A stretch of DNA of 64,000 nt, taken from positions 20,641 through 84,640 of the IMG/VR virus record IMGVR_UViG_3300020450_001021; one strand, given 5' to 3'. The position numbers were made by a program, and so were the translations under genes. This stretch comes from a virus. Below, one piece after another: positions 38,955 through 48,727 of this stretch (the first letter of the stretch is position 1; every line of letters begins with the position of its first letter). The notes under the pieces are model-generated. The model did not search any database, had not been told where the DNA came from, and saw only the letters and a program-made list of their open reading frames with translations.

Positions 38955-41696
38955 TTAACTAGCGACTACTTCAGAGAAACTGATACCAGTTCTTGTAGCA
39001 ACAAATGTCAATGTAATAAAGTTGATAGAACGTGTTGGCTGAATGTAAATATCAGCAACGAACTCGTTATTATCTATAACAGCAGATGTGTTATTTGATC
39101 CATCACACACAACTAAGAAATCGGTAATACCTCTTCTTGATTGAACATTACGTAAGAATGGTTCAATAATACCTTTAAACACATTTCTTGTGATCTCATC
39201 ATTGAGTTCAAATAGTTGTGCTTTAGCAGCTTCTTCAATTGCTTTTTCAACAACAATGAAGAGACGACGAACGTTGATTCTATCAAATGCACTAGGTGTG
39301 CTAAGTGCTGTCTTGTCACCAAATAGAACTGCACCTTGACCAGGAAATGTACTGATTGGGTTAACTCTATTTGCATAAAGTTCATCTCTATCTGTCTTAG
39401 TAGGATTCCATGCAAGTTTTGCAAGGTTCCTAATAGCACCTCTAGAGAAACCTGCTGGTGAGAACCATGGTTCCTGTCTGATTGCTGTATCTGCAACTAA
39501 TCCTGCAACGTCTGAGTTACATGGAACGTAGCAATACTTTTGATTCCATCTGTCATAAACATACTTGTAGTTACAATCAAGAACTAAGTATGAACTACTT
39601 GCAACACTGCCAAAGAAATCTTTAACATTCTTAACGATGTCTTTGTTAGCAAGTGGAAGACCAGTAGAAGCAATAATGTTTCCTTTATGTGGAGATCCGA
39701 ATGCCATGCAATCCTTTCTCTCTGCAGCAATACCTGCAATGTAGTTTAGTTTTTCTCTTGTTGCTGTCTCAGTAGCAAGACCAGGACCCATTATAAGATA
39801 CTCAAGATTGATGCTATCAATCTCTCTAAACTCATCATATGCACCATTAAAATCAGCAGCTGAAAGATCCCATGCTCCACTTGCAAGTGATGTATAATCT
39901 GAACCTGCAGTTAGATCATAATTTTTAGAACCTACTGGTTCAAAATCTTGTGTTCTATTATTTGTTTCATAAATTGTATCACCTGCAAAAATGAATTTAC
40001 TTCCGTCTGCAAGAACATTCTTATAGTAGTTAATTCCACCTTGTGGTCCTCTACCATCAGATGCTTTTGATAGGTATGTAAATGATTCTATAACTGAATC
40101 TTTACTACCAGATACACTTCCATCTTCATCTACAACTGCAACGTGAACTGCATCTCTACCGTATGCATCGCCTGCATAAAACTCACCATCAGCAGTATTT
40201 ACTGGACGTGCAGCAACTGAGTTCCAAGTTAAATTAGAACCTTCATAAAGTTTTGCGTATGACCACCAAACTGATCCGTCATCTACAGATGCTACAGTAC
40301 CACTATTAGAACCAATAGTTAATGAATCTCCATTAGCAAAAAGTTGACCTGTAGTTGGGTTTTCTAAGTATACGTTACTTGCATTATCTACTATTACAAC
40401 GTGTACATAATGAGTTGTAGTACCACCAGAAGTTACCATTGAGTAATCAATGACCTTACCTTTTTTAGATCCTGATACTACAAAATCTCCAACATTAACA
40501 TTACTGATTGCTGAGTCCCCAGATGTAAGAGCAATAGATTGCCTAGGACCATTATCAACAATACAAACACGTAACCCATTACCCCATGAACCTGCACTCT
40601 TGGCAGCGAATAACCATCCTGTTGTGTTGTCGTTATATTGTGCATCATAGACCTCACTGTTTTCTATCTTAATTGGATCTGCAGAAACAACTGCTGTACC
40701 AACTGCTGTTGTACCTGGAATGGGAATTGTTGGAGAGATACCAACGAAGTTTGTGTAATCTCCAAAGTTTGTTACCGTAAATCCAGTAATAACTCCAGAA
40801 ACATTTACATCTGCTGTAGCAGCAAATCCTGTATTAGCAGCACCACCTGATACTGAAACGTTGTATGTTGCAGTTGGATCGTAATTTGTACCACCAGAAA
40901 CTAGTGTAATTGCCAATCCAGATGGATCACTAATGTCTATTGTAGGAGCAGATGTATATCCAGATCCACCAACAACTGCAATACCAGTAATAACACCATT
41001 TACTATTGTAGGAGTTACTGTAACGCCAGCAGAACTACCACCACCACCTGAGATTGATACAGTTGGATTTGAAGAATAACCAGAACCACCATCTGTAATA
41101 TTTAAATTACCAGTTAGTGCACCTGCATTAACGTTAGCAAGTGATGCTGTTGCTGTTGCTGTATCACCTTGGGCAACTGTTGCTTGTCCTGTAACACCGA
41201 CATCACCAAATGTGACAGTTGGTTGTGAACTGTATCCAGAACCTGAGTTTGTTATAACAACTTGTGATACTCTACCATTAGCATCTAAAACTGCAGTACC
41301 TGCAGCATTAGATCCTCCTCCACCACTGAATGATACGGAAGGTGCAGAAACATATTTACCATTAGTTGTAGGGTTATTAATAGTTATTGATGAAACACTT
41401 TGTCCTACACGTGCAACTGCATTTTTCAGTTGATCTGTATTTACTCTAGTTACGGATAGTGTTCCCCCGTAATTTAAATAGTTTGTTGCTGAGAGAAAGT
41501 ACTCCGAATTATTTGCTACGGGTTCACCAAATGCTTCTATAAGTCCAGCTTCTGAACTTACTGTAACAGGAGAACCTAATTCTCCTTTAGTAAAAGGTGC
41601 AGCAAATCCTGCAATATTATTAATTCCAATCTCAGCTCTGCCATTGGTTAAGTCGAGTTCCTTAACGACGACACCAGGTGAGCGTAAAGTTGCCAT
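38955..41696 (-). CDS. 18: tail sheath protein gp18 with about 240-aa insertion
   Basis: SPGVVVKE.D, PWFSPAG..RG, GDKT....SAFDRINVRRLF, PTRSINFITLTFVA. Confidence 0.96.
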   Translation of the reverse strand: MATLRSPGVVVKELDLTNGRAEIGINNIAGFAAPFTKGELGSPVTVSSEAGLIEAFGEPVANNSEYFLSATNYLNYGGTLSVTRVNTDQLKNAVARVGQSVSSITINNPTTNGKYVSAPSVSFSGGGGSNAAGTAVLDANGRVSQVVITNSGSGYSSQPTVTFGDVGVTGQATVAQGDTATATASLANVNAGALTGNLNITDGGSGYSSNPTVSISGGGGSSAGVTVTPTIVNGVITGIAVVGGSGYTSAPTIDISDPSGLAITLVSGGTNYDPTATYNVSVSGGAANTGFAATADVNVSGVITGFTVTNFGDYTNFVGISPTIPIPGTTAVGTAVVSADPIKIENSEVYDAQYNDNTTGWLFAAKSAGSWGNGLRVCIVDNGPRQSIALTSGDSAISNVNVGDFVVSGSKKGKVIDYSMVTSGGTTTHYVHVVIVDNASNVYLENPTTGQLFANGDSLTIGSNSGTVASVDDGSVWWSYAKLYEGSNLTWNSVAARPVNTADGEFYAGDAYGRDAVHVAVVDEDGSVSGSKDSVIESFTYLSKASDGRGPQGGINYYKNVLADGSKFIFAGDTIYETNNRTQDFEPVGSKNYDLTAGSDYTSLASGAWDLSAADFNGAYDEFREIDSINLEYLIMGPGLATETATREKLNYIAGIAAERKDCMAFGSPHKGNIIASTGLPLANKDIVKNVKDFFGSVASSSYLVLDCNYKYVYDRWNQKYCYVPCNSDVAGLVADTAIRQEPWFSPAGFSRGAIRNLAKLAWNPTKTDRDELYANRVNPISTFPGQGAVLFGDKTALSTPSAFDRINVRRLFIVVEKAIEEAAKAQLFELNDEITRNVFKGIIEPFLRNVQSRRGITDFLVVCDGSNNTSAVIDNNEFVADIYIQPTRSINFITLTFVATRTGISFSEVVAS

Positions 41697-41781
41697 TTGT
41701 ATCTCCTGAGGTGATTAGTCATATATCTGCAAATATTTATTATTTTCTACTTTTTCATTGGGGAAACAATGCATGAACACA

Positions 41782-42024
41782 TTACCAATCAGGATAATCT
41801 GCTAGGTATGGAGGTAAAGGTCTAGGTCTATTTTTCTTCTTTCTTTTAGATGTTATTCTTTTAATTGTACAGGTCTTACATTCATATGAATATGCTGAAG
41901 GATATCCTTTTCTACTTTTACGAGTAAGATAGAAATCTTCTATCAAATTTTTTCTTGTATTACATACCCTACAAACTCTTTCTTTGAATAAGACCTTATC
42001 TAGACCAAATCCAAACTCATCCAT
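41782..42024 (-). CDS. small zinc-finger protein
   Basis: CRVC...FY...YECKTC, basic tail ending DYPDW. Confidence 0.7.
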   Translation of the reverse strand: MDEFGFGLDKVLFKERVCRVCNTRKNLIEDFYLTRKSRKGYPSAYSYECKTCTIKRITSKRKKKNRPRPLPPYLADYPDW

Positions 42025-43724
42025 TACCTATACTCCCACAAAGAACTTAGTTCACCATACTCATCTCTAGGACTTTCACCTTCATACCATCCTTTGTTAT
42101 CTGCAACCACCCATACATTACCTTCTTGATCTTTTTCTTTTTCATATGTACCTAGACCATCATCAATAAAACCAAATGGTGCCATGTCTTGTTCTATTTG
42201 ATTCTTTTGTTCTTCATAAATTCTACTTCTTATATCATTATCAGTCATCTCTTTGAAATAATCCTGAGCAACTAACCATCCAAAAATAACAAGACACATT
42301 GCTAAGTCATCATGACAACCATCATCAGCTTCAAACGATTGTCTTTTTTGAATAAAAGTAGTAAGTTCAGCAATAATATCATAGTCATTAATTAAAACTT
42401 TATCTGTCTCTACTAACTGTTTAAGGTTTGAGCATCCTATTTTCTTAACTGTAGTACTCATCTTAACACCTAACTGTGTCTTAGTACCAGAGAATCCTTG
42501 TCCTACAACCTGACCTGCACGTCCTCTCATAGCACACATAAGCACGTTCTCATTCTCAAGATCGTACTGTAGTATAGATGCTACTTGATCTCCAATATCA
42601 TTTACCTCACATAGAATGTATGCTTGATTATACTGTACTGAAATTTGATTTATGATATTAGGAAATACCATAGGTTTAACTTCGTTATTCTTATAGATAC
42701 CAACAATTTTATAAGGTACAGTTGTTATATCATATAATATAAATGCTGAGTAATCATTATTAACACCACGAGATACATCAACAGTCATTAAATATTCATG
42801 TTTTTCCTGAGGTCTTTCGTATATTTTTAAACCACCACTTGTATGTAAAGGTTCATCATATGACAGTGATCTTAATTTAGCTGCCGAAATTAATGTATCA
42901 ACAGATCCTAAAAACTCACACTCAAATTCTTGAGTGAACTGTCGTTCAGATGTGTTGGCAATAGTTTGTTCTTTCCACTTCTCGTCTCTGCCAGGTACCT
43001 GACTCCAATGTACTTCTGTAGTCGTATACTCATTTCTACCAAGTTCGGCATCATGCCATAACTTGTAGAACATATTCATTCCGTTGGGGGTGGAAATGAT
43101 GATGACTTTGGTTGACTTACCAGATGATATAGTAGGATAAACACTGGCAAAGAACTGCTCTGCAATATGATTAGGTATGAACGCAAATTCATCCAAGAAG
43201 ATGATGTTAAATGACATACCTCGGACAGCAGATGCTGAAGTAGAAGAAGCGAGAATCTTGGATCCATTTTCTAACTCCATACTACCTTTGTTCCATGCTA
43301 TGATTCCTTGCTGTAACCAAGTAGGTAGATTCTCATATGCTAATTGTAATCTTCCAAGCAATTCCCTAGCAGTAGGTGCTTTGTTTGCAAGAATACCTAT
43401 GTTGACGTTATCATTAAAGATAGCGTAGTGCATAAGATATGCCACAACAGTGGTTGACTTACCTGTCTGTCTTGGTAGTTTTGCTATATTAAATCTATGT
43501 GCATGAAAAGATTTAACCATTTCCTCTTGAAAATCATAGAGATTAAATGGTACTAAACCTTCATCAAGAGAAACAATTTGAATATAATTTTTTGCAAAAT
43601 ATACTGGATCTCCTTTACATTTCAAATACTCTTGTATTTGTGCCTCTGTAAAATTAATAGGGACGTTTGCCCTTTTAAGATTAGGATTACCTAAGTATAT
43701 TTCTCCCTGAGTAAGACGTGCCAT
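42024..43724 (-). CDS. 17: terminase large subunit gp17
   Basis: YLGNPNLK, PRQTGKST, FLDEFAF, STPNG, VDVSRG, HDDLAM; start at 43724 inferred from the TAATG overlap. Confidence 0.97.
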   Translation of the reverse strand: MARLTQGEIYLGNPNLKRANVPINFTEAQIQEYLKCKGDPVYFAKNYIQIVSLDEGLVPFNLYDFQEEMVKSFHAHRFNIAKLPRQTGKSTTVVAYLMHYAIFNDNVNIGILANKAPTARELLGRLQLAYENLPTWLQQGIIAWNKGSMELENGSKILASSTSASAVRGMSFNIIFLDEFAFIPNHIAEQFFASVYPTISSGKSTKVIIISTPNGMNMFYKLWHDAELGRNEYTTTEVHWSQVPGRDEKWKEQTIANTSERQFTQEFECEFLGSVDTLISAAKLRSLSYDEPLHTSGGLKIYERPQEKHEYLMTVDVSRGVNNDYSAFILYDITTVPYKIVGIYKNNEVKPMVFPNIINQISVQYNQAYILCEVNDIGDQVASILQYDLENENVLMCAMRGRAGQVVGQGFSGTKTQLGVKMSTTVKKIGCSNLKQLVETDKVLINDYDIIAELTTFIQKRQSFEADDGCHDDLAMCLVIFGWLVAQDYFKEMTDNDIRSRIYEEQKNQIEQDMAPFGFIDDGLGTYEKEKDQEGNVWVVADNKGWYEGESPRDEYGELSSLWEYR

Positions 43725-43879
43725 TAATCTATACCCCATTTAGGTGGGTTATCAGGGCAGTACATTCCTGGTAATAATGTTTTCAAAGGCATAAAGCACC
43801 CACATAGTTTACATTGTTTTGTTGCTTGCTTAAAATGTTCACATTGCTCACATATAGCAAACTTCTCAGCAGAAGTCAT
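43724..43879 (-). CDS. 51-aa Cys-rich micro-protein (not in ORF track)
   Basis: Hand-translated MTSAEKFAICEQCEHFKQATKQCKLCGCFMPLKTLLPGMYCPDNPPKWGID; CxxC..CxxCGC..CP..KW. Confidence 0.8.
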   Translation of the reverse strand: MTSAEKFAICEQCEHFKQATKQCKLCGCFMPLKTLLPGMYCPDNPPKWGID

Positions 43880-43894
43880 AATAAATTATATAGT

Positions 43895-44281
43895 TTAACA
43901 GTCCCACTTTCTAAGTGATTTGTTGATTCTGCTATCTGGATCGCTTGCTGTCTTCTTACTTGTTAACTTCTTTTTCATTCCTTTCATCCTTGCACAAAAT
44001 GAAGATCTTCTTTTATTACCTTTCTTTTTAGTTGGTGCTTTTAAGTCAGAACCAGGATTCTCTTTCTCATAAGATTTTCTCCCTTTCTCATTTAAACCAC
44101 CTTCTTTATTCTTACCAGATTTCTTTGTCCATGCAGCACCTTCTTTTACAAGAAGACCGTCATCTCTAACTTTCATACCTTCTGGTATTGGTTTGCACTT
44201 TTGTTCATCCCTACAATAGTAGTTACCTTCACCACAGGATTTCTCCTCTAAAGATATGCAGTATTGTTTAAAACTTTTCAT
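43895..44281 (-). CDS. highly basic conserved phage protein, candidate internal head protein
   Basis: MKSFKQY..LEE leader, 3-Cys module, then GGLNEKGR..RR.SFCARM.G..SRINKSLRKW.C. Confidence 0.65.
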   Translation of the reverse strand: MKSFKQYCISLEEKSCGEGNYYCRDEQKCKPIPEGMKVRDDGLLVKEGAAWTKKSGKNKEGGLNEKGRKSYEKENPGSDLKAPTKKKGNKRRSSFCARMKGMKKKLTSKKTASDPDSRINKSLRKWDC

Positions 44282-44282
44282 G

Positions 44283-44552
44283 TTATGCTTGGAATGCTAC
44301 ACCAGATGCCCAAACGCTTGATGACCCTCCTGCCAACAAAGTTTGATCACTTTCTTTTTTTATAGTTATTCTTTCTCCTGCACCAATATACACTTCAGAT
44401 GCTGCTGAATAATTTGAAGTACCTGCTGGTGTGGATGTAATTTTTACTGCTGCGTTTCCAGTATTAAGAACAGAAACCAAGACGCTGCTAGAGACATTAC
44501 TAGCTCCTGTCTGAATATCTACTGCAGTTGTTAATGGTTTAACGATGAACAT
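44283..44552 (-). CDS. small beta-rich hypothetical (possible virion) protein
   Basis: 89-aa ORF with its own CTAAATA at 44570-44576. Confidence 0.55.
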   Translation of the reverse strand: MFIVKPLTTAVDIQTGASNVSSSVLVSVLNTGNAAVKITSTPAGTSNYSAASEVYIGAGERITIKKESDQTLLAGGSSSVWASGVAFQA

Positions 44553-44568
44553 TTTACTGAAGTTTCTT

Positions 44569-44982
44569 TTATTTAGTATCTTTTAGACCTTGTTTCAACA
44601 GTTTCGACAATTCTGCTGTAGATCCAACAAACAAAGCATTGTTATTTGTAACTTTGTTTTTCTTAGGACCTTCTTCAAGATCTTGCATTTTCTTTTGTAA
44701 ATCTATTAGTTTTTCTGTAGCGTCAGAAACACTCTTAACTAATTGACCTGCAACCTCAAATGCTCTAGGGTGATCAGTGTTATTAGCGACATCTATAATA
44801 CCTGCTAATGCTTCCTGACCTTTTTCTATAACATCATATAGTTGACCACGTGAATATTCATAATCTTTTTTGACATCTTTGTCAATATTAATATCACGTT
44901 CCTTTTTTTTGAGTTTAGGTTTCTCAGGGGGAAGAACCTCTGCTGCTACATCTAAACTCTTTTCAATACCACTTGTGTCCAT
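44569..44982 (-). CDS. 16: terminase small subunit gp16
   Basis: DYEYSR..L, HPRAFEV.GQL, NNALFVGST.EL. Confidence 0.93.
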   Translation of the reverse strand: MDTSGIEKSLDVAAEVLPPEKPKLKKKERDINIDKDVKKDYEYSRGQLYDVIEKGQEALAGIIDVANNTDHPRAFEVAGQLVKSVSDATEKLIDLQKKMQDLEEGPKKNKVTNNNALFVGSTAELSKLLKQGLKDTK

Positions 44983-45791
44983 TATACATCCTCAAAGAAA
45001 CTAGCAGTTTCATTGAAACCAAAGTCATCACCAGGCACTAGAAGTGAATCATCAATAGCATCAATAACATTATCAGCATTCTTATCTATCTTTGCCTTAG
45101 GTGTAACCTCATACTTACGGTAACGTCCTGGTGATTCAATATTAGTATCACTATACTCTTTAGTGATTGCTTTCTTAATGAATCCAACATCAGTTGTAGG
45201 ACCATAAATATAGGTCTTAACTATGAAATCTAATGTCCATATAATAGTTCTTCTATCAGAAAAATCACCATCATAGTCATCTACAAATGATACATTGTTT
45301 AATATAATAGGAATATCTTTAATTATATTTGCTTCTTCTACTAATTTTATTGATAGATTAAATGATGGTTGAAAAGTTGGTAGTATTTGTTCTACGATTT
45401 GAAGTGAATCTTCTTGAGTTCTTGTGATTACACTCAATTCAAATCCTAGATTATATGGAACTGGTACAAAGGTTTTCTTTACTCCTTTAGTTGCGTCTCC
45501 ACCAGTAGTAGTATAATTAATTGGACTTTGTTTTCTACCAGAATCATATGAAATACCATTCATTTCAAATGACATACGAGGTAGAGATATAGCATTAGGT
45601 CTACCAAGTTCTGGTTGTTCAGTCAACCTTGCTAAAAATTTTGATCTAGGACCATATGCCAAGGGAACTTTCATTCTCTGGTATGTGGTATTGTCATCAT
45701 TGTATCTACGAATTTCTAGGTTATTGAATAGTGTACCAAAACCAATAACTGTCTTTCGTATTATTTGATCGTAATTGTAAGTTCCTAGCAT
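44982..45791 (-). CDS. 15: tail sheath stabiliser gp15
   Basis: FGTLFN, VPLAYGP..KFL, LPRMSFE, PVPY, QIVEQILP.FQP, YIYGP. Confidence 0.94.
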   Translation of the reverse strand: MLGTYNYDQIIRKTVIGFGTLFNNLEIRRYNDDNTTYQRMKVPLAYGPRSKFLARLTEQPELGRPNAISLPRMSFEMNGISYDSGRKQSPINYTTTGGDATKGVKKTFVPVPYNLGFELSVITRTQEDSLQIVEQILPTFQPSFNLSIKLVEEANIIKDIPIILNNVSFVDDYDGDFSDRRTIIWTLDFIVKTYIYGPTTDVGFIKKAITKEYSDTNIESPGRYRKYEVTPKAKIDKNADNVIDAIDDSLLVPGDDFGFNETASFFEDV

Positions 45792-45793
45792 AA

Positions 45794-46660
45794 TTAACTC
45801 CTATTGCCAAATTCGCCAAACGGATTAAACTCAGTAAAATCAAGAAGGTTATCACCTAATGTCTCGAAATCTAAGTTATCTGCATAAGCGTCCTTAATGT
45901 TAAGTTCATCGAATGTAGTTATATTTATAGAAAAACCAGAACTACCTCCTGTAAGTGTTTCACCAGTTTGAAACTCTCCATTAAATGCTCTTAGTTCTAC
46001 CCATGATTCATTTTGATTCCAGAAGTTAACTTTAGCAGTAGTACCAGTAATACTACCAGTTACTTCCTCACCAATAGTAGGTGATCCAGTGATACTATCA
46101 TAATAGTATTTAATAACAAATCCTTCATCTACCTGACTATCAAGTATACCGTCAGCACCAGCAGTTTCTCCACTGTACTGGAACAATTCACATTTAAGTT
46201 TATATGTATATAACTTACCAAACTGATAGAAAGGATCCTCATGCTCTACAAACTTAATTTCAAATAAATTAGCAGATAATGGGAAAAATATTAAATCTCC
46301 TTCCTGTGGTCTACTTCCTACTTCTATATTTTCTGCACCAGTCATTGAGTATGCAACAAAATCTTCATACATACCACGTGATATTACTAGATTTATTTCA
46401 TCACTGGATTGAATACCAAACTTAGTTAGAAAATCTCCATTACCTTCAAAACCTCCAAAATTTTCAAGATATGCAGATAGTATATAACTATCATTAAACT
46501 CTGATATAATTTCATCATTCAATATAGTATCCTTTCTTACTAGTTTTCTAGGAATATAAACTATATCTAATCCAAACATCTTTAAATGTTCGTCTACTAG
46601 ATTCTGTTGAAGAATCTGTTCATTTCTAGTTCCATGTGTAAAGTATGTATTCTTAGCCAT
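45794..46660 (-). CDS. 14: neck protein gp14
   Basis: N.YF, YIPR, L.KFG, RP.EGDLI.FP, FEIKFVE...FYQ.G, NPFG. Confidence 0.94.
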   Translation of the reverse strand: MAKNTYFTHGTRNEQILQQNLVDEHLKMFGLDIVYIPRKLVRKDTILNDEIISEFNDSYILSAYLENFGGFEGNGDFLTKFGIQSSDEINLVISRGMYEDFVAYSMTGAENIEVGSRPQEGDLIFFPLSANLFEIKFVEHEDPFYQFGKLYTYKLKCELFQYSGETAGADGILDSQVDEGFVIKYYYDSITGSPTIGEEVTGSITGTTAKVNFWNQNESWVELRAFNGEFQTGETLTGGSSGFSINITTFDELNIKDAYADNLDFETLGDNLLDFTEFNPFGEFGNRS

Positions 46661-47707
46661 TTATCCTATTTCCCAGTTAGGTGGAAGTTCATACTTACTA
46701 ATTATTTCATCTTCAATTTTTAATACTTCAGTATTACCATCATCATATAACTCTCTACCATTCATTGTAATACCGCCAGGTAACTGTGCTCCTTTAAATT
46801 TAATAAGATTCTGTCCCCACTGTCTTTTTATAAGTGCAGTAGTATATTTCTTTAAGAAAGGATCATTATAAACCTCAGTGTATGTTTGAGGATCTAACAA
46901 TCTATGACAGTCAATGATTAAATAAGATCCCTCATCTAACATCAATCTATCAGTGTCAATGTATAAACGATCAGCACGTCTATTAAATCTATAAGGTATG
47001 AATGCTCCATTATTTAAGACCATATCTAGTGTTTCAAGATATGTCTTAGTCATAAAATAAGAAAGAATATCAACTGAACCAAACTGATACAAATCGTTTA
47101 GGAACAACTGATATTCTAATCCAAATAAATTACTTCTTATATTACTTCCCTTAACACCAAACACTCTGTTAATACCTAACACTTGAGGTGGTATCTGTAA
47201 AAAGTTATCTCTTTCTTCCCACTCTGTTTGCTCTTGTACACCTGTGATTTCTATCTTAGCATTACCACTACCACCTGTAAAAGTAATTTCATCTTCAACA
47301 AGATAATTTGTACCAGCAGCATTCACCTCTACTTCTGTTATCTTACCGTCTTTTGCAGTAATATCAAAAGTAGCACTTGTTCCTGTACCACCAGTATAAG
47401 CAGCAGCACCAGTAGTGTATCCACTAGTACCCTCTTCCACTATCTTGACAGTTAGTACTGCACCTGTAGCGGTTCCTAATAATTGTTCTTGATCTAATCC
47501 TCTAAACTTAGCAACATCAGACGCTGTAAGTTTATGCTTTAAGAACATCCTTTCGACACCATCGAAGTGACGTTCTTGAAACAATTGGATAGCATCGTCT
47601 ATTAGGTCATCAATCTGATCATCATCAACATTGATTTCCAATACGGGTGCACCTAATCTTCTTAGACAATAATCTTTTAATTCTGCTTTCGTAGTCGGTT
47701 GTGCCAT
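46661..47707 (-). CDS. 13: neck protein gp13 with inserted beta domain
   Basis: YCLRRLGAPVLEINVDDDQ, ALIKRQWGQNL.KF.G.QLPGG; CTAAATA at 47736-47742. Confidence 0.95.
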   Translation of the reverse strand: MAQPTTKAELKDYCLRRLGAPVLEINVDDDQIDDLIDDAIQLFQERHFDGVERMFLKHKLTASDVAKFRGLDQEQLLGTATGAVLTVKIVEEGTSGYTTGAAAYTGGTGTSATFDITAKDGKITEVEVNAAGTNYLVEDEITFTGGSGNAKIEITGVQEQTEWEERDNFLQIPPQVLGINRVFGVKGSNIRSNLFGLEYQLFLNDLYQFGSVDILSYFMTKTYLETLDMVLNNGAFIPYRFNRRADRLYIDTDRLMLDEGSYLIIDCHRLLDPQTYTEVYNDPFLKKYTTALIKRQWGQNLIKFKGAQLPGGITMNGRELYDDGNTEVLKIEDEIISKYELPPNWEIG

Positions 47708-47756
47708 TTAATCCAGACATAACATTCCTCTACTATATTTAGCAGACCGCCAAGTT

Positions 47757-48035
47757 TTATTGAATTACGCTTGCAGTACTGTTAGTTGGAGCATTTGCAG
47801 GTGGAACCATTCCGTCTGCTGGTGGTGGTGTTGGTGTAGTGTCTGCTATGCTAGTAACTTCACCTGCTGTAGGGGAATTTTCTTGTTGTTGTGCTAACTC
47901 TAATGCTTGTACTGCACCTGTTAATTTGAAGTATTCTTCTTTTTTAAGATTTAACTCTTGGTCTAATTCTTTTATCTTTGCAACAACTTCTTCTAGTTGT
48001 TTTTTGAATTGCTCAATCATTTCGTTCTGAGTCAT
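47757..48035 (-). CDS. small coiled-coil hypothetical protein, late
   Basis: Heptad N-terminus ending LTGAVQALE, Pro/Thr tail; TATAAATA at 48058-48065. Confidence 0.65.
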   Translation of the reverse strand: MTQNEMIEQFKKQLEEVVAKIKELDQELNLKKEEYFKLTGAVQALELAQQQENSPTAGEVTSIADTTPTPPPADGMVPPANAPTNSTASVIQ

Positions 48036-48070
48036 AGTTTTGAAGTAACGACGTATTTATTTATAAGGGT

Positions 48071-48727
48071 TTACCAAGTGAATGTATTGAAAGTAAATCT
48101 TGGATATTTAGTTGTCCAATCATCCTTTTTCCAATAAGCACAATGAAATAATGCTGATTCATAAAATATATATTGATTATACTTATGATATTGAGTGTGG
48201 TATACCTCCCATTCACTTGGATCTGAATCAAGAATTTCTATATGTCTATAGTTTGCTAATGCTGTATACTCTTCTCCAGTTTTTTTATGTCTAAAAAAAG
48301 ATGTTCCAGAAACATTGTTGGATAATTCATTGTCAAAATTTAAAGGACATATACCTGCATAATGAAAATAATCAACATGTGGTTGATATAAATCTATTTT
48401 ATTATATGTTTGTAAAGATATTACAGGAGCAAACCCATCATGAGAAGTTCTATGATCTCCCATAAACTCATTTCTTAATAGATTAGTTAACTGTAATACT
48501 TGTTGCTCGTTCCATGCAAAATAATGAATAAAACCAGGATTTCTAGGTGTCTCAGGATCTTTAAAATATTTGCAGTTTAAAGCATACTCTCTTATTTTAT
48601 CTGGATATACAAAAAAATCAGGTATGATTACTATTCTAGAATTAGTATTACCTATCTGAATTATATTAGGTTCAATTCTATCTCTTATTTTAAAAGCATT
48701 TGGATCAATTATTTCCACCAAATCCAC
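48071..48727 (-). CDS. 2OG-Fe(II) oxygenase-like protein
   Basis: DFF..PD.IR, PHVD, GTSFFRH, YN....Y....FH...R. Confidence 0.75.
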   Translation of the reverse strand: MDLVEIIDPNAFKIRDRIEPNIIQIGNTNSRIVIIPDFFVYPDKIREYALNCKYFKDPETPRNPGFIHYFAWNEQQVLQLTNLLRNEFMGDHRTSHDGFAPVISLQTYNKIDLYQPHVDYFHYAGICPLNFDNELSNNVSGTSFFRHKKTGEEYTALANYRHIEILDSDPSEWEVYHTQYHKYNQYIFYESALFHCAYWKKDDWTTKYPRFTFNTFTW

